NCBI GenBank assembly: GCA_963719495.1
Contig: CAVRCI010000013.1
Coordinates: 384,001-448,000 of the forward strand
DNA: 64,000 nt
Source: an uncultured Verrucomicrobiae bacterium
GTDB taxonomy: Bacteria; Verrucomicrobiota; Verrucomicrobiia; Chthoniobacterales; JAATET01
Direction of reading: 5' to 3'
A program made the translations under genes and the position numbers. The number at the start of each line of letters is the position of its first letter. Within the stretch, counting starts at the first letter, position 1. Positions 9,826-19,252 of this stretch are shown here, in pieces. Below the pieces are notes generated by a model. The model was not told the origin of the DNA. It made no database searches and saw nothing but the letters and a program-made list of their open reading frames with translations.

Positions 9826-11321
9826 CCCGCGAAAGCCCACAACCGCCCGCCGCCGAGCCCGAATCCGACGGCCGCCCCCGCCACGAGTGCGGCGTCTTCG
9901 CCGTCTTCAATCACCCGAACGCCTCGACGCTCAACTACTACGGCCTCTTTGCCCTCCAGCACCGCGGCCAGGAGAGCGCCGGCATCGCCTCCACCGTCGG
10001 TTCCGGAGCGCCCTTCCTCACCCACAAAGGCATGGGCCTCGTCTCCGGCGTTTTCGGCAACGACGCCCTCGACCACATTCAAGGCACCCGCGCCATCGGC
10101 CACGTCCGCTACTCCACCACCGGTTCCAGCAACCTTAAAAACGCCCAACCCCTCGTCGTCGACACCGCCCGCGGTCAGCTCGCCGTCGCCCACAACGGCA
10201 ACCTCGTCAACGCCGCCCAACTCCGCCTCGAACTCGAAAGCGAAGGCTCCATTTTCCAGACCACCGTCGACAGCGAGATCGTCCTCCACCTCCTCGCCAA
10301 GCCCGACAAAACCGCCAGCCCCCTCGCCGCCCTCCGCCGCCTCGAAGGCGCCTTCTCCATGGTCATCATGGGCGAGCACGAGATCATCGGCGTCCGCGAT
10401 CCCCACGGCTTCCGCCCCCTCTCGCTCGCCAAACTCGACGGCGCCTACGTCCTGTCCTCCGAGACCTGCGCCTTCGATCTGATCCACGCCGAATTCATCC
10501 GCGAGATCGAGCCCGGCGAAGTCGTCATCATCGACGAGAAGGGCATCCGCTCCGAGTGGCCCTTCCGCCGAGCGCGCAAATCCTTCTGCATCTTCGAATA
10601 CGTCTACTTCGCCCGCCCCGACAGCACCATCGACGACATGAACGTCAAGGAAGTCCGCGTCCAGATGGGCCGCGAACTCGCCCGCCTCCACCCCGTCGAC
10701 GCCGACATCGTCGTCCCCGTCCCCGACTCCGGCATCTACGCCGCCCTCGGCTTCTCCAACGAACTCAACATCCCCTTCGACCTCGCCTTCGTCCGCAACC
10801 ACTACATCGGCCGCACCTTCATCCAGCCCACCCAGCTCATCCGCGACTTCAACGTCCGGGTCAAGTTGAACCTCATCGGCGAAGCCGTCCGCGGCAAACG
10901 CGTCGTCGTCGTCGACGACTCCGTCGTCCGCGGCACCACCGCCCGGGCCCGCGTCGTGAATCTCCGCGAAGCCGGCGCCACCGAAGTCCACCTCCGAGTC
11001 TCCTGCCCCCCCCACAAACACGCCTGTTACTACGGCATCGACTTCCCCGACCCCGAGAAGCTGATCGCGAATCAAATGACGATCGAGCAGATCCGCGACT
11101 ACCTCGGAGCCGACAGCATCGGCTACCTCGACGTCGACAGCATGGTCGCCGCCACCGGCCTACCCGAGTCCAACTTCTGCATCGCCTGTTTCAACGGCCA
11201 ATACCCGCTCCCCTACGACGAATCCTTCGACAAGCTATTCATGGAAAAGCGCCGCCACCAAGCCCGCCTCTTGGAACCCGAAACCAACCAACCCCCCCTC
11301 TTCCCAGAAAGACTCTCCTAG
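9822..11321 (+). CDS. purF: Amidophosphoribosyltransferase
   Basis: ECGVF, QHRGQESAGI, GHVRYST, HNGN, VVVDDSVVRGTT, CYYGIDFP motifs. Confidence 0.97.
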   Translation: MTRESPQPPAAEPESDGRPRHECGVFAVFNHPNASTLNYYGLFALQHRGQESAGIASTVGSGAPFLTHKGMGLVSGVFGNDALDHIQGTRAIGHVRYSTTGSSNLKNAQPLVVDTARGQLAVAHNGNLVNAAQLRLELESEGSIFQTTVDSEIVLHLLAKPDKTASPLAALRRLEGAFSMVIMGEHEIIGVRDPHGFRPLSLAKLDGAYVLSSETCAFDLIHAEFIREIEPGEVVIIDEKGIRSEWPFRRARKSFCIFEYVYFARPDSTIDDMNVKEVRVQMGRELARLHPVDADIVVPVPDSGIYAALGFSNELNIPFDLAFVRNHYIGRTFIQPTQLIRDFNVRVKLNLIGEAVRGKRVVVVDDSVVRGTTARARVVNLREAGATEVHLRVSCPPHKHACYYGIDFPDPEKLIANQMTIEQIRDYLGADSIGYLDVDSMVAATGLPESNFCIACFNGQYPLPYDESFDKLFMEKRRHQARLLEPETNQPPLFPERLS

Positions 11322-11567
11322 ACCCCAACGCAACCAACCCACCCGAAGCGCCCCAAACGCCCCCCCCTCCAAACCCTGTCATTCTGAGCGAAGCGAAGAG
11401 CCATCGACAGCCTCTCACTTTGAAACCCGTCACTGAGAGGCAATCTCTGGCTTACACTAAAACACCAAGCGCCACCGTCCCCAGCCGCATCCGAATACCA
11501 ATCCGGCCATTCAGATCAGGGCAGATCGCAACCAAGCACCCGCCACGCCCCACGCACCGCCACTCCG

Positions 11568-12626
11568 ATGCCGAAAAATCCGAAATCCGAAATCCGAAAT
11601 CCGAAATCGAAAAAGGCCTACGCCACCGCCGGCGTCGACGTCGACTTGGGTAACAAGGTCAAACGCGGCATCCAGCGCCAGGTCCGCTCCACCCACGGCC
11701 CCGAAGTCCTCGGTCAGATCGGCGGTTTCGGCGGCCTCTTCCAGCCTGACCTCACCGGCATGGCCGAGCCCGTTCTCGTCTCCAGCGTCGACGGTGTCGG
11801 CACCAAGCTCAAGGTCGCCTTCCTCACCGGCCGCCACGACACCATCGGCCAGGACCTCGTTAATCACTGCATCAACGACATCGCCGTCATCGGAGCCAAG
11901 CCCCTCTTCTTCCTCGACTACCTCGCCAGCGCCAGCCTCGACCCCGCCATCTTCTCCGAGATCCTCAAGGGCTTCGCCAAAGCCTGCCGCGAAGGCGGCT
12001 GCGCCCTCATCGGCGGCGAAACCGCCCAGATGCCCGGCATGTATCAGGCTGGCGAATACGACGTCGCCGGCACCATCGTCGGCATCGTCGACCGGCCTAA
12101 AATGCTCGACGGCTCCCGCGTCACCCCCGGCGACGTCCTCCTCGGCCTCCCGTCGAACGGCCTCCACACCAACGGCTACTCCCTCGCCCGCGACGTCCTC
12201 TTCCGCCAGCTCAAGCTCAAGCCCGAGTCCATGGTCGAAGGCATCAACGGCACGTTGGCGAGCGAACTCCTGAAAGTTCACAAAAACTATCAACCCCTCA
12301 TGGCCAGCCTCCCCGAGGGCACGCTCAAAGCCGCCGCCCACATCACCGGCGGCGGCCTCGTCGACAACCTCCCCCGCGTCCTGCCGCGCAAGTGCAACGC
12401 CGTCGTCGACACGACGACCTGGACCGTCCCCCCCATCTTCACCCTCATCGGTGAAGGCGGCAAAGTCCCCACCGACGAGATGCACCAAGTCTTCAACATG
12501 GGCATCGGCATGGTCCTCATCGTCTCCGAAAAGGACGCCCCCGCCATCGCCAAAAAGACGAGAGCCAAACCCATCGGCCACATCACCAAAGGCACCGGCA
12601 AAGTCCGCCTTGTCGCTGGCTCCTGA
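11568..12626 (+). CDS. purM: Phosphoribosylformylglycinamidine cyclo-ligase
   Basis: YATAGVD, DGVGTK, GGETAQMP, SNGLHTNGYSL, HITGGGL, FNMGIG motifs. Confidence 0.97.
   Translation: MPKNPKSEIRNPKSKKAYATAGVDVDLGNKVKRGIQRQVRSTHGPEVLGQIGGFGGLFQPDLTGMAEPVLVSSVDGVGTKLKVAFLTGRHDTIGQDLVNHCINDIAVIGAKPLFFLDYLASASLDPAIFSEILKGFAKACREGGCALIGGETAQMPGMYQAGEYDVAGTIVGIVDRPKMLDGSRVTPGDVLLGLPSNGLHTNGYSLARDVLFRQLKLKPESMVEGINGTLASELLKVHKNYQPLMASLPEGTLKAAAHITGGGLVDNLPRVLPRKCNAVVDTTTWTVPPIFTLIGEGGKVPTDEMHQVFNMGIGMVLIVSEKDAPAIAKKTRAKPIGHITKGTGKVRLVAGS
11576..11610 (+). repeat. Heptamer tandem repeat (AAATCCG)x4 plus one variant, inside the purM 5' end
   Basis: Read directly. Confidence 0.9.
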
Positions 12627-12644
12627 CCGCTCTAGCGTCCCGCC

Positions 12645-12836
12645 ATGGCAAAAAAAAAGCTGATCCCAGCTCTGCCAGCGGCAAAAAACCGAACCCGCCT
12701 CAGCGAAGCCGAGAGGATCCTCTTCGAACGAAGCCTCGCCGCCACCCCCGACGAGCGGTGGGCGCTCCACGAAAACTTCCTCCGCTCGCACGGCTTGTTC
12801 GAGCACTCGAAGCGGAAGGCATTCGGTTTCAGATAG
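12645..12836 (+). CDS. Small hypothetical protein, partner of the downstream nucleotidyltransferase
   Basis: 63 aa; SLAATPDERW resembles small proteins encoded in front of such NTases; overlaps the next gene by 79 nt. Confidence 0.55.
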   Translation: MAKKKLIPALPAAKNRTRLSEAERILFERSLAATPDERWALHENFLRSHGLFEHSKRKAFGFR

Positions 12837-13243
12837 CCGGCATGTCGGCCGCGATCCTGCAAGGGACTCCCGCCACCACCCTCGACACCGACATCTGGGT
12901 CGACCTTCCCGAGCGCCAATACGTTCGCCTCCTCGACCTCGCTCAGAAGCTCGATGCCACCATCCTCGCCCGCACCGTCATCGCTCTCAGCGACGACTCA
13001 CTCGTGAATTTTCTCTACCGCGTCGACGGACTCCAAACCTTCGACGCTGAATGGAAACGCGCCGTCCGACTCACTTGGAACGGCACCGAAGTCGCCGTTC
13101 TCCCGCTCACCCGCATCATCAAAAGCAAAGTCTTCTGCGCCCGCCCCAAAGACACCGCGCACCTTCCCCTTCTGCGAACCACCCTCCGACTCCTCCGCGC
13201 CCGCAAACAGGGCGCAACCATTCCCCCAAAGCTGTCATGCTGA
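12758..13243 (+). CDS. Nucleotidyltransferase-fold protein (DNA polymerase beta superfamily)
   Basis: IAGMSAAILQG, TLDTDIW and C-terminal K..SK...RPKD motifs. Confidence 0.7.
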   Translation: MGAPRKLPPLARLVRALEAEGIRFQIAGMSAAILQGTPATTLDTDIWVDLPERQYVRLLDLAQKLDATILARTVIALSDDSLVNFLYRVDGLQTFDAEWKRAVRLTWNGTEVAVLPLTRIIKSKVFCARPKDTAHLPLLRTTLRLLRARKQGATIPPKLSC

Positions 13244-13544
13244 GCAAAGCGAAGCATCTCTGATTTACACCTTCTCACCATCCGCCCCGCATCCTCATTT
13301 CGCGTATCCTCCGCGCCTCAGCGGAGAATCCTCACCCTCCACCCGCAATTGTATTGCCTTCGTTCCCCGCGATACTTTTTGTTCAAAGCCCGTAGTCCTA
13401 TTCCCATCGGCGGTGTTGACTCGGTCGCTCCCGCTCCTCTCGCCCTTCGGGCTGCATTCCAGAGCCAATGCAGTCTGCCCCGAGGCTTCCCAGCCTCCGG
13501 TGCTCTGTTCAAATCCAACCGTCCAATCCGCGTTGCGCCTCCCG

Positions 13545-14534
13545 TTGAAAAAGAAACCCGCCCTTGGCCTCGGTCTCGGCGTCGGCCTCCTCGGCACCGT
13601 CGCCCTCGCCGTCCGCTACCGCATGCAGCGCGCGATGCGGCAGCCGATCCCCGAGACGATTTCCCCCGCCATCTTCGCCACCCGCGTCGTTCCGACCTCC
13701 GTCGGCGAGATCGTCTACCACGTCTCCGGCTCCGGCGAGCCCATCATCTTCATCCACGGCACCTACCTCGGAGCTTCCTCCTTCGAATGGTCCCGCGTCT
13801 ACCCCGACTTCGCCGCCAACCACACCGTCATCGCCCCCGATTTGATTGGGTTCGGTGAATCCGAACGCCCCGCCCCCGGCCTCGACGCCGACGACCACGC
13901 CCTCGCCCTCGCCGAGCTCATCCGCGAACTCCTCCCCGGCCGCCGCCCCACCCTCGTCGCTTCTGGTGTCGGCGCCGCCGTCGCGCTCAAGCTCGCCGTC
14001 CAGCACCCCGAGCTCCCCCGCCAGCTCATCCTCTACGCCCCCGTCGGCCTCGACGCCACCCTCCGCCGCCTCCCGATGGGCATCGCCACCCTCGCCCGCA
14101 TCCCCGGCCTCAACGCCTTCGTTTACAAAAACTACTTCGCCCGCCGCCCCTTTATCCAATCCTGGTTGCAAAAAGTCGGATTCGCCGACCCCACCCTTCC
14201 CGCCGACGATATCGTCGACCTGCTCACCACCTGCGCCGCCCAATACGGAGCCGAGCACGCCCTCGTCGCCTTCCTCCGCGGCCGCGTCCTCTACGACGTC
14301 CGCACCCAGCTCACCCGGGTCGCCACCCCCGTCACCGTCCTCTGGCCCGACCTCCCCGACCGCTTCCCGACCGATTTCCCCGAGACCCTCCGCGCCGCCA
14401 TCCCCCGCTGCGAAATCGTCCCCGCCGACCCCCTCGGAGCCCTCGGAGCCCTCGAGAACCCCGCCCACCTCCGCGAACTGATCGAAAGCCGACTCTCCGG
14501 ATCAACCCCCGGAACCGCTGCGTTATCCAACTGA
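13545..14534 (+). CDS. Alpha/beta fold hydrolase with N-terminal membrane anchor
   Basis: IIFIHG, APDLIGFGESERP, ASGVG nucleophile region; TTG start chosen, uncertain. Confidence 0.8.
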   Translation: MKKKPALGLGLGVGLLGTVALAVRYRMQRAMRQPIPETISPAIFATRVVPTSVGEIVYHVSGSGEPIIFIHGTYLGASSFEWSRVYPDFAANHTVIAPDLIGFGESERPAPGLDADDHALALAELIRELLPGRRPTLVASGVGAAVALKLAVQHPELPRQLILYAPVGLDATLRRLPMGIATLARIPGLNAFVYKNYFARRPFIQSWLQKVGFADPTLPADDIVDLLTTCAAQYGAEHALVAFLRGRVLYDVRTQLTRVATPVTVLWPDLPDRFPTDFPETLRAAIPRCEIVPADPLGALGALENPAHLRELIESRLSGSTPGTAALSN

Positions 14535-14646
14535 TAGCTAATCGCGGCATCGGAACGCTGCGGAAGGACTAGCCGCGGACCGTTGGAATCATAGTGAAAA
14601 AAAGTCGCGATGCGTGGTAACCATATCACCCGGGGACGACCACCAA

Positions 14647-14946
14647 ATGAGCAAACACGTTGAATCATCGATCAAAGTCGGATCAAAAATGGTCCACTAC
14701 GAGCCAACTGGAACTGGTGAGTCCACCAACGGAGGTGCTGTCAAATGGCGAGTGATCAATTCTGGCGGGAGATTGAAGATGCGGGCACCGAAAGCGGCGG
14801 ACTGGGTGACCTCGTGCGGCGGCTGGGAGGGATTCGAGAAGAGGGTTCACCAGTCGATTGGGCAGGACCTCGGGAGCGGACTGGTAACATACTCGAAAAA
14901 GTCCGTCTGCACTGCGGGCAAAGCTCAGAAATTGAGCGACGACTGA
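14647..14946 (+). CDS. Hypothetical 99-aa basic protein overlapping the kinase gene in another frame
   Basis: ATG-started open frame; 202-nt overlap with 14745..15494. Confidence 0.4.
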   Translation: MSKHVESSIKVGSKMVHYEPTGTGESTNGGAVKWRVINSGGRLKMRAPKAADWVTSCGGWEGFEKRVHQSIGQDLGSGLVTYSKKSVCTAGKAQKLSDD

Positions 14947-15494
14947 CGGGGCTGCGATTCAAGCGCGGCGGAGCGGAACACGATCTCGTCAGGCTCGCTG
15001 ACGAACCGGGCCGGATTTTCAAGATGACCCATTCCGACTCGTTTGGGATTGTTTCCGAACTCTTCCGCGAAGACCCCGAGTTCTCCGGACGGCATTTCCA
15101 CGCCGGAGTCAATCCCGATCCTGTCCTCTATCTTCAGCGTTGGATGTTGCTCAACAGCCTGAGCGAATATCAAACCCGCTACGAGGGGATGTTACCTCCC
15201 GCGGCCAATTGCCACATTCCGAGAATCTGCGTCAGCCAACCGTTTGTCGGAGGGCCGGACGCCAACCCTCTTCTCATCCAAGATGGCTTCGCGACCTTGG
15301 AATTTTTCCAGGTCAGCCAGGATACTTTTCTGCGAGCCCCGGACCGCATCCTTCTATCCGACGCCGCCCCACGAAACGTTAAAGTCGCGGATCAGGTCCT
15401 GGTCCCGTTCGACGTTGTCGCCCAGATCGCGACGGAGGAGGTTATCGATTGGGCGACCCAACACCTATCCGCCGAGACCCCTTGGCGATCTTAG
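14745..15494 (+). CDS. Standalone polyvalent-protein-type Ser/Thr/Tyr kinase domain (Kinase-PolyVal-like)
   Basis: GGAEH, IFKMT, YLQRWMLLN, VSQPFV, SDAAPRNV and VPFD motifs; GGAGGT Shine-Dalgarno at 14731-14736. Confidence 0.7.
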   Translation: MASDQFWREIEDAGTESGGLGDLVRRLGGIREEGSPVDWAGPRERTGNILEKVRLHCGQSSEIERRLTGLRFKRGGAEHDLVRLADEPGRIFKMTHSDSFGIVSELFREDPEFSGRHFHAGVNPDPVLYLQRWMLLNSLSEYQTRYEGMLPPAANCHIPRICVSQPFVGGPDANPLLIQDGFATLEFFQVSQDTFLRAPDRILLSDAAPRNVKVADQVLVPFDVVAQIATEEVIDWATQHLSAETPWRS

Positions 15495-15576
15495 CGTCCT
15501 TCGCGCGAACCCTCACCCCGGATTTCCCTGCATCATTGCAATTCCGCGCCCCGCGACCCATAAACGCGCCTCGACC

Positions 15577-16878
15577 GTGAACGTCTCCGACCTCCGCGAA
15601 ATTCTCCAATACGTCCCGCGCTTCCGCGAACGCACCTTCGTCATCGCCGTCGACGGCGACATCGCCGCGTCCCCGAATTTCCCGAACATCCTCCTCGACC
15701 TCGCCGTCCTTCGCTCGCTCAGCATCCGCGCCGTCCTCGTCCACGGAGCGGGCAAACAGATCACCGAACTCGCCGCCGTCCGCGGCGTCGCGATCACCAA
15801 CGCCGACGGCACCGGCCTCACCGACGAACCCACCCTCGCCCTCGGCGTCGAAGCGTCCATCGGCCTCACCAACCGCATCATGGAGGGCCTCTCCGCCGTC
15901 GACCTCCGCGCCGCCTATCTCAACGCCATCATTGCCCACCCCGCCGGCATCCTGGCGGGCAAAGACCAGCTCTTCACGGGCAAGGTCGAGCGCGTCGACT
16001 CGAAAGCCCTCGAGCTCCTCCTCGAGGAAGGTATCGTCCCCGTCGTCCCCCCCCTCGGCTTCGACGGCGAAGGCCGCACCTATCGCGTGAACTCCGACGC
16101 CATCGCGGTCGAGATCGCCGAGGCCCTCCACGCCGCCAAGCTCATTTTCCTCACGACCGCCACCAACCTCGACGCCGCCACCTGGCTGCCCCACCAGCTC
16201 TCCATCGCCGAGACCACCACCCTCGTCCAGCGGCACCGCGCCACCACGCCACCCGCCCCCGCCGGCCTCCTTTCGAAACTCGAAAACGCCGCCCGCGCCT
16301 GTCGCCAGGGCATCTCCCGCGCCCACCTCCTCGACGGCACCGTCAACGAAGCCCTCCTCACCGAGATCTTCAGCCACGAAGGCTTCGGCACGATGGTCTA
16401 TTCGAACGAATACCAACAAATCCGCCGCATCTTCAAAAAGGACGTCCGCGGCATCATGACCCTCATCCGCCAGTCCGTGGACAACGAGGAACTCGTCCGC
16501 CGCACCCGCAACGAGATCCTCGAGAACCTCGAGGACTACTGGGTCCTCGAAATCGACCGCCAGCTCGTCGCCTGCGTCGCCCTCCACGTCCACGCCGCCG
16601 AGGCCAGCGGCGAGCTCGCCTGCCTCTACGTCAGCAAACACCACGAAAACCAAGGCTACGGGCGCAAACTGATGGCCTTCACCGAGACGCTCGCCCGGCA
16701 AAAGAAACTCACCAGCCTCTTCGCGCTCTCGACCCAGGCCTACAGCTACCTCCAGCAAAAAGGCGGATTCCTCGAAGCCACCGCCGACGACCTCCCCCCC
16801 GCCCGCCGCGCCCGCTACGACCAGAGCAACCGCAACAGCAAGGTCCTCCAAAAACGCCTCCCCCCCGCCAACGCGTGA
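15577..16878 (+). CDS. argA: Amino-acid N-acetyltransferase (N-acetylglutamate synthase)
   Basis: Amino-acid-kinase domain (VLVHGAG, EIFSHEGFGT) plus GNAT domain (GELACLYV, RNSKVL). Confidence 0.93.
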   Translation: MNVSDLREILQYVPRFRERTFVIAVDGDIAASPNFPNILLDLAVLRSLSIRAVLVHGAGKQITELAAVRGVAITNADGTGLTDEPTLALGVEASIGLTNRIMEGLSAVDLRAAYLNAIIAHPAGILAGKDQLFTGKVERVDSKALELLLEEGIVPVVPPLGFDGEGRTYRVNSDAIAVEIAEALHAAKLIFLTTATNLDAATWLPHQLSIAETTTLVQRHRATTPPAPAGLLSKLENAARACRQGISRAHLLDGTVNEALLTEIFSHEGFGTMVYSNEYQQIRRIFKKDVRGIMTLIRQSVDNEELVRRTRNEILENLEDYWVLEIDRQLVACVALHVHAAEASGELACLYVSKHHENQGYGRKLMAFTETLARQKKLTSLFALSTQAYSYLQQKGGFLEATADDLPPARRARYDQSNRNSKVLQKRLPPANA

Positions 16879-16960
16879 ACCGCAAGCCAACGGGAGTGAG
16901 GACGGGACGTCCTAGCGAATGCATCCACGAGGACGGGACATCCCCGCTCCGCCGCGCGGC

Positions 16961-16992
16961 CAATCCGCAATCCGCAATCCGCAATCCGCAAT
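16961..16992 (+). repeat. Heptamer tandem repeat (CAATCCG)x4
   Basis: Read directly, just upstream of the symporter start. Confidence 0.9.
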
Positions 16993-16999
16993 TCACCTG

Positions 17000-18562
17000 A
17001 TGGACCCCATCCACACGAACTTCACTCTCCTCGACTGGGGCATCCTCATTGGCTACCTCGCGCTCACCACGCTCGTCGGCCACCTCATGCGCGGCAAGCA
17101 GGCGACCATCAAAGATTTCTTCCTGGCCGGCCGCTCGCTCCCGTGGCCGGCCGTCAGCGCCTCCATTATCGCCACCGAGATCAGCGCCCTCACGTTCATC
17201 GGCGTCCCCGGCATCGTCTTCGCCCTCGACGGCAACTTCACCTACCTCCAATGGGCCATCGGCTCAATCGTCGCCCGACTCATCGTCGGCATCTGGCTCA
17301 CCAAGGTCTACTACGAGCGCGAAATTTTCAGCCCCTACGACTACATGGCCCACCGCCTCGGCCCCGGCGTCAAGGTCCTCACCACCGCCATGTTCACGCT
17401 CGGCACCATCCTCGGCCAAAGCGTCCGCGTCCTCGTCACCGCTCTCATTCTTAAAACCGTCACGCCCCTCGGCATGACCGAATCCATCCTCGCGATTACC
17501 GCCTTCGCCATCGCCTGGACCCTCATGGGCGGCATGACGACCGTCATCTGGACGGACGCCATGCAGTTCGTCCTCTTCCTCTTCAGCGGCCTCCTCGCGC
17601 TCGGCTGGATCGTCGGCCACCTCGACGGCGGCTTCGACCAACTCCTCACCGTCGCCGGCGACGAGGGCAAAATGACGCTCTGGGATTTCTCCACCGATCC
17701 CGACGTCCAGTTCACCCTCTGGGTCGCCCTCATCGCGATGCCGTTCCAGAACCTCGCCGCCTTCGGCACCGACCAGCTCAACGCCCAGCGCATGTTCTGC
17801 TGCAAGAACGCCTCCGACGCCCGCAAAGCCATCATCTGCTCCTGCTTCTCGCAGGTCATCACCGTCCTCATGCTCATGGTCGGAGCCGGTCTCTTCGTTT
17901 GGTATCAGCAATTCGTCCCGACCCCCGCCGAGGCCGCCACGTTTGCCGAAGACGCTGACAACGTCTTCCCCGTCTGGATCACCACCGTCCTCCCACCCGG
18001 CCTCACCGGCCTCGTCCTCGCCGGAGCCTTCGCCGCCGCCATCTCCAGCCTTGACTCCGCCCTCGCGGCCCTCTCGCAGACCTCCATGTCCGTCATCCAC
18101 GGCGGAAAAGCCCTGGAAAGCGGCGACACGAAACGCCTCCTCCGCGACTCCCGGATCGCCGTCGTCGTCTGGGGCATCTTTCTGGCCGGAGCCGCCTTCG
18201 TCCTCTACGCGATCAAGAACTACGGCAACATCGACATCCTCAGCCTCGCCTTCGGAATGGTCGCCTACACCTACGGCCCCATGCTCGGCATCCTCGCCCT
18301 CGCCCTCGCCCGCGTCCCCGCCCGCATCGAAGGCCTCTGGCTCGGCGTCGGCCTGAGTTTGCTCCTCACCGCCGTCGTCCGCCCCGACTTCTACGTCATC
18401 TTCCGCAGTTTCGGCTGGATGTCCGCGGAGACGATGACCGCCGTCCGCCCCGCCATCAGCTTCGTCTGGCTCTACCCCATCACCTGCCTCCTCACCGTCA
18501 CCTGCGGCGCCCTCATCAGCCGCCAGCCTCCCGCGGAGAAGACGGTTTCCGACGTTCAGTAG
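17000..18562 (+). CDS. Sodium:solute symporter family protein
   Basis: DFFLAGRSLPW, TFIGVPG, GGMTTVIWTD, AAAISSLDS motifs; many TM helices. Confidence 0.92.
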   Translation: MDPIHTNFTLLDWGILIGYLALTTLVGHLMRGKQATIKDFFLAGRSLPWPAVSASIIATEISALTFIGVPGIVFALDGNFTYLQWAIGSIVARLIVGIWLTKVYYEREIFSPYDYMAHRLGPGVKVLTTAMFTLGTILGQSVRVLVTALILKTVTPLGMTESILAITAFAIAWTLMGGMTTVIWTDAMQFVLFLFSGLLALGWIVGHLDGGFDQLLTVAGDEGKMTLWDFSTDPDVQFTLWVALIAMPFQNLAAFGTDQLNAQRMFCCKNASDARKAIICSCFSQVITVLMLMVGAGLFVWYQQFVPTPAEAATFAEDADNVFPVWITTVLPPGLTGLVLAGAFAAAISSLDSALAALSQTSMSVIHGGKALESGDTKRLLRDSRIAVVVWGIFLAGAAFVLYAIKNYGNIDILSLAFGMVAYTYGPMLGILALALARVPARIEGLWLGVGLSLLLTAVVRPDFYVIFRSFGWMSAETMTAVRPAISFVWLYPITCLLTVTCGALISRQPPAEKTVSDVQ

Positions 18563-18859
18563 CCGCAGACGGAAGCGGGGCGGGGACGTCTCGTCCCCGC
18601 GTTCGAATCGGGCGGGCGGGACGCCCCCGCCCCGTTTAGCCGATCTAATTATCCGGCTGGCGTCGAAATGCTCTCACCGATATTCCACGCCTCGTGGGAT
18701 GAAAATCGATCTCCGCCACCCACCGCAGACCCCCATAAAAGCGGCCCACCTTCCACGGTTTCGACCGGAAACCCCGAAGAAATCAGGTCCCCGACATCCG
18801 CTTCGTGCGGACACCCCCGAGCGCTCTTGATCTCCGCGTTGGTCAAGCCATTTTGCCCC

Positions 18860-19245
18860 GAAAAAGCGTCTTAAATTAAGGCGTTTTCGTCACTTTATCC
18901 TTGAGCCAATACCCCCCCATTTTTAGCCTCTCGGCGTCGTCCGGAAGGGACCGAAGGTCATTGTGAATAACTTGTGAAGTGTTCCTCTACTAAAACTCAC
19001 GACTGTTCCACGCCGCAAATCCTCACGGTCGACCCGCCACAACCCTCTCCCACCGCTCCCCAGCCCCACATTCCACGAATTCTTTCAAATCATGCTCGCA
19101 ATCAACACTTTACGCAATCCGCTTGCGCCCAACCGAGCGGGTCGTCTAGCGTCGGCAGCCGTGAATTTCGCCAAACGTGACGGAAACGTAACCCAAATCG
19201 AGTCCACTCGAGCCTCGGACCACCGAGTTTCCTGACTGTGCATAA
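18860..19245. promoter_or_regulatory. dnaA upstream region with DnaA boxes (TGTGAATAA 18962-18970; TGTGCATAA 19237-19245) and an AT-rich inverted repeat at ~18860-18888
   Basis: Two exact TTATNCACA matches on the minus strand. Confidence 0.7.
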
Positions 19246-19252
19246 GTCACTT

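Noticed and set aside
12650..12658. A9 homopolymer as a phase-variation switch
   Set aside because: It encodes an ordinary Ala-Lys-Lys-Lys N-terminus; there is no evidence of length variation from a single sequence.
18563..19237. tRNA or other ncRNA upstream of dnaA
   Set aside because: No cloverleaf or T-loop motif was recognised; REP hairpins and DnaA boxes account for the visible structure.
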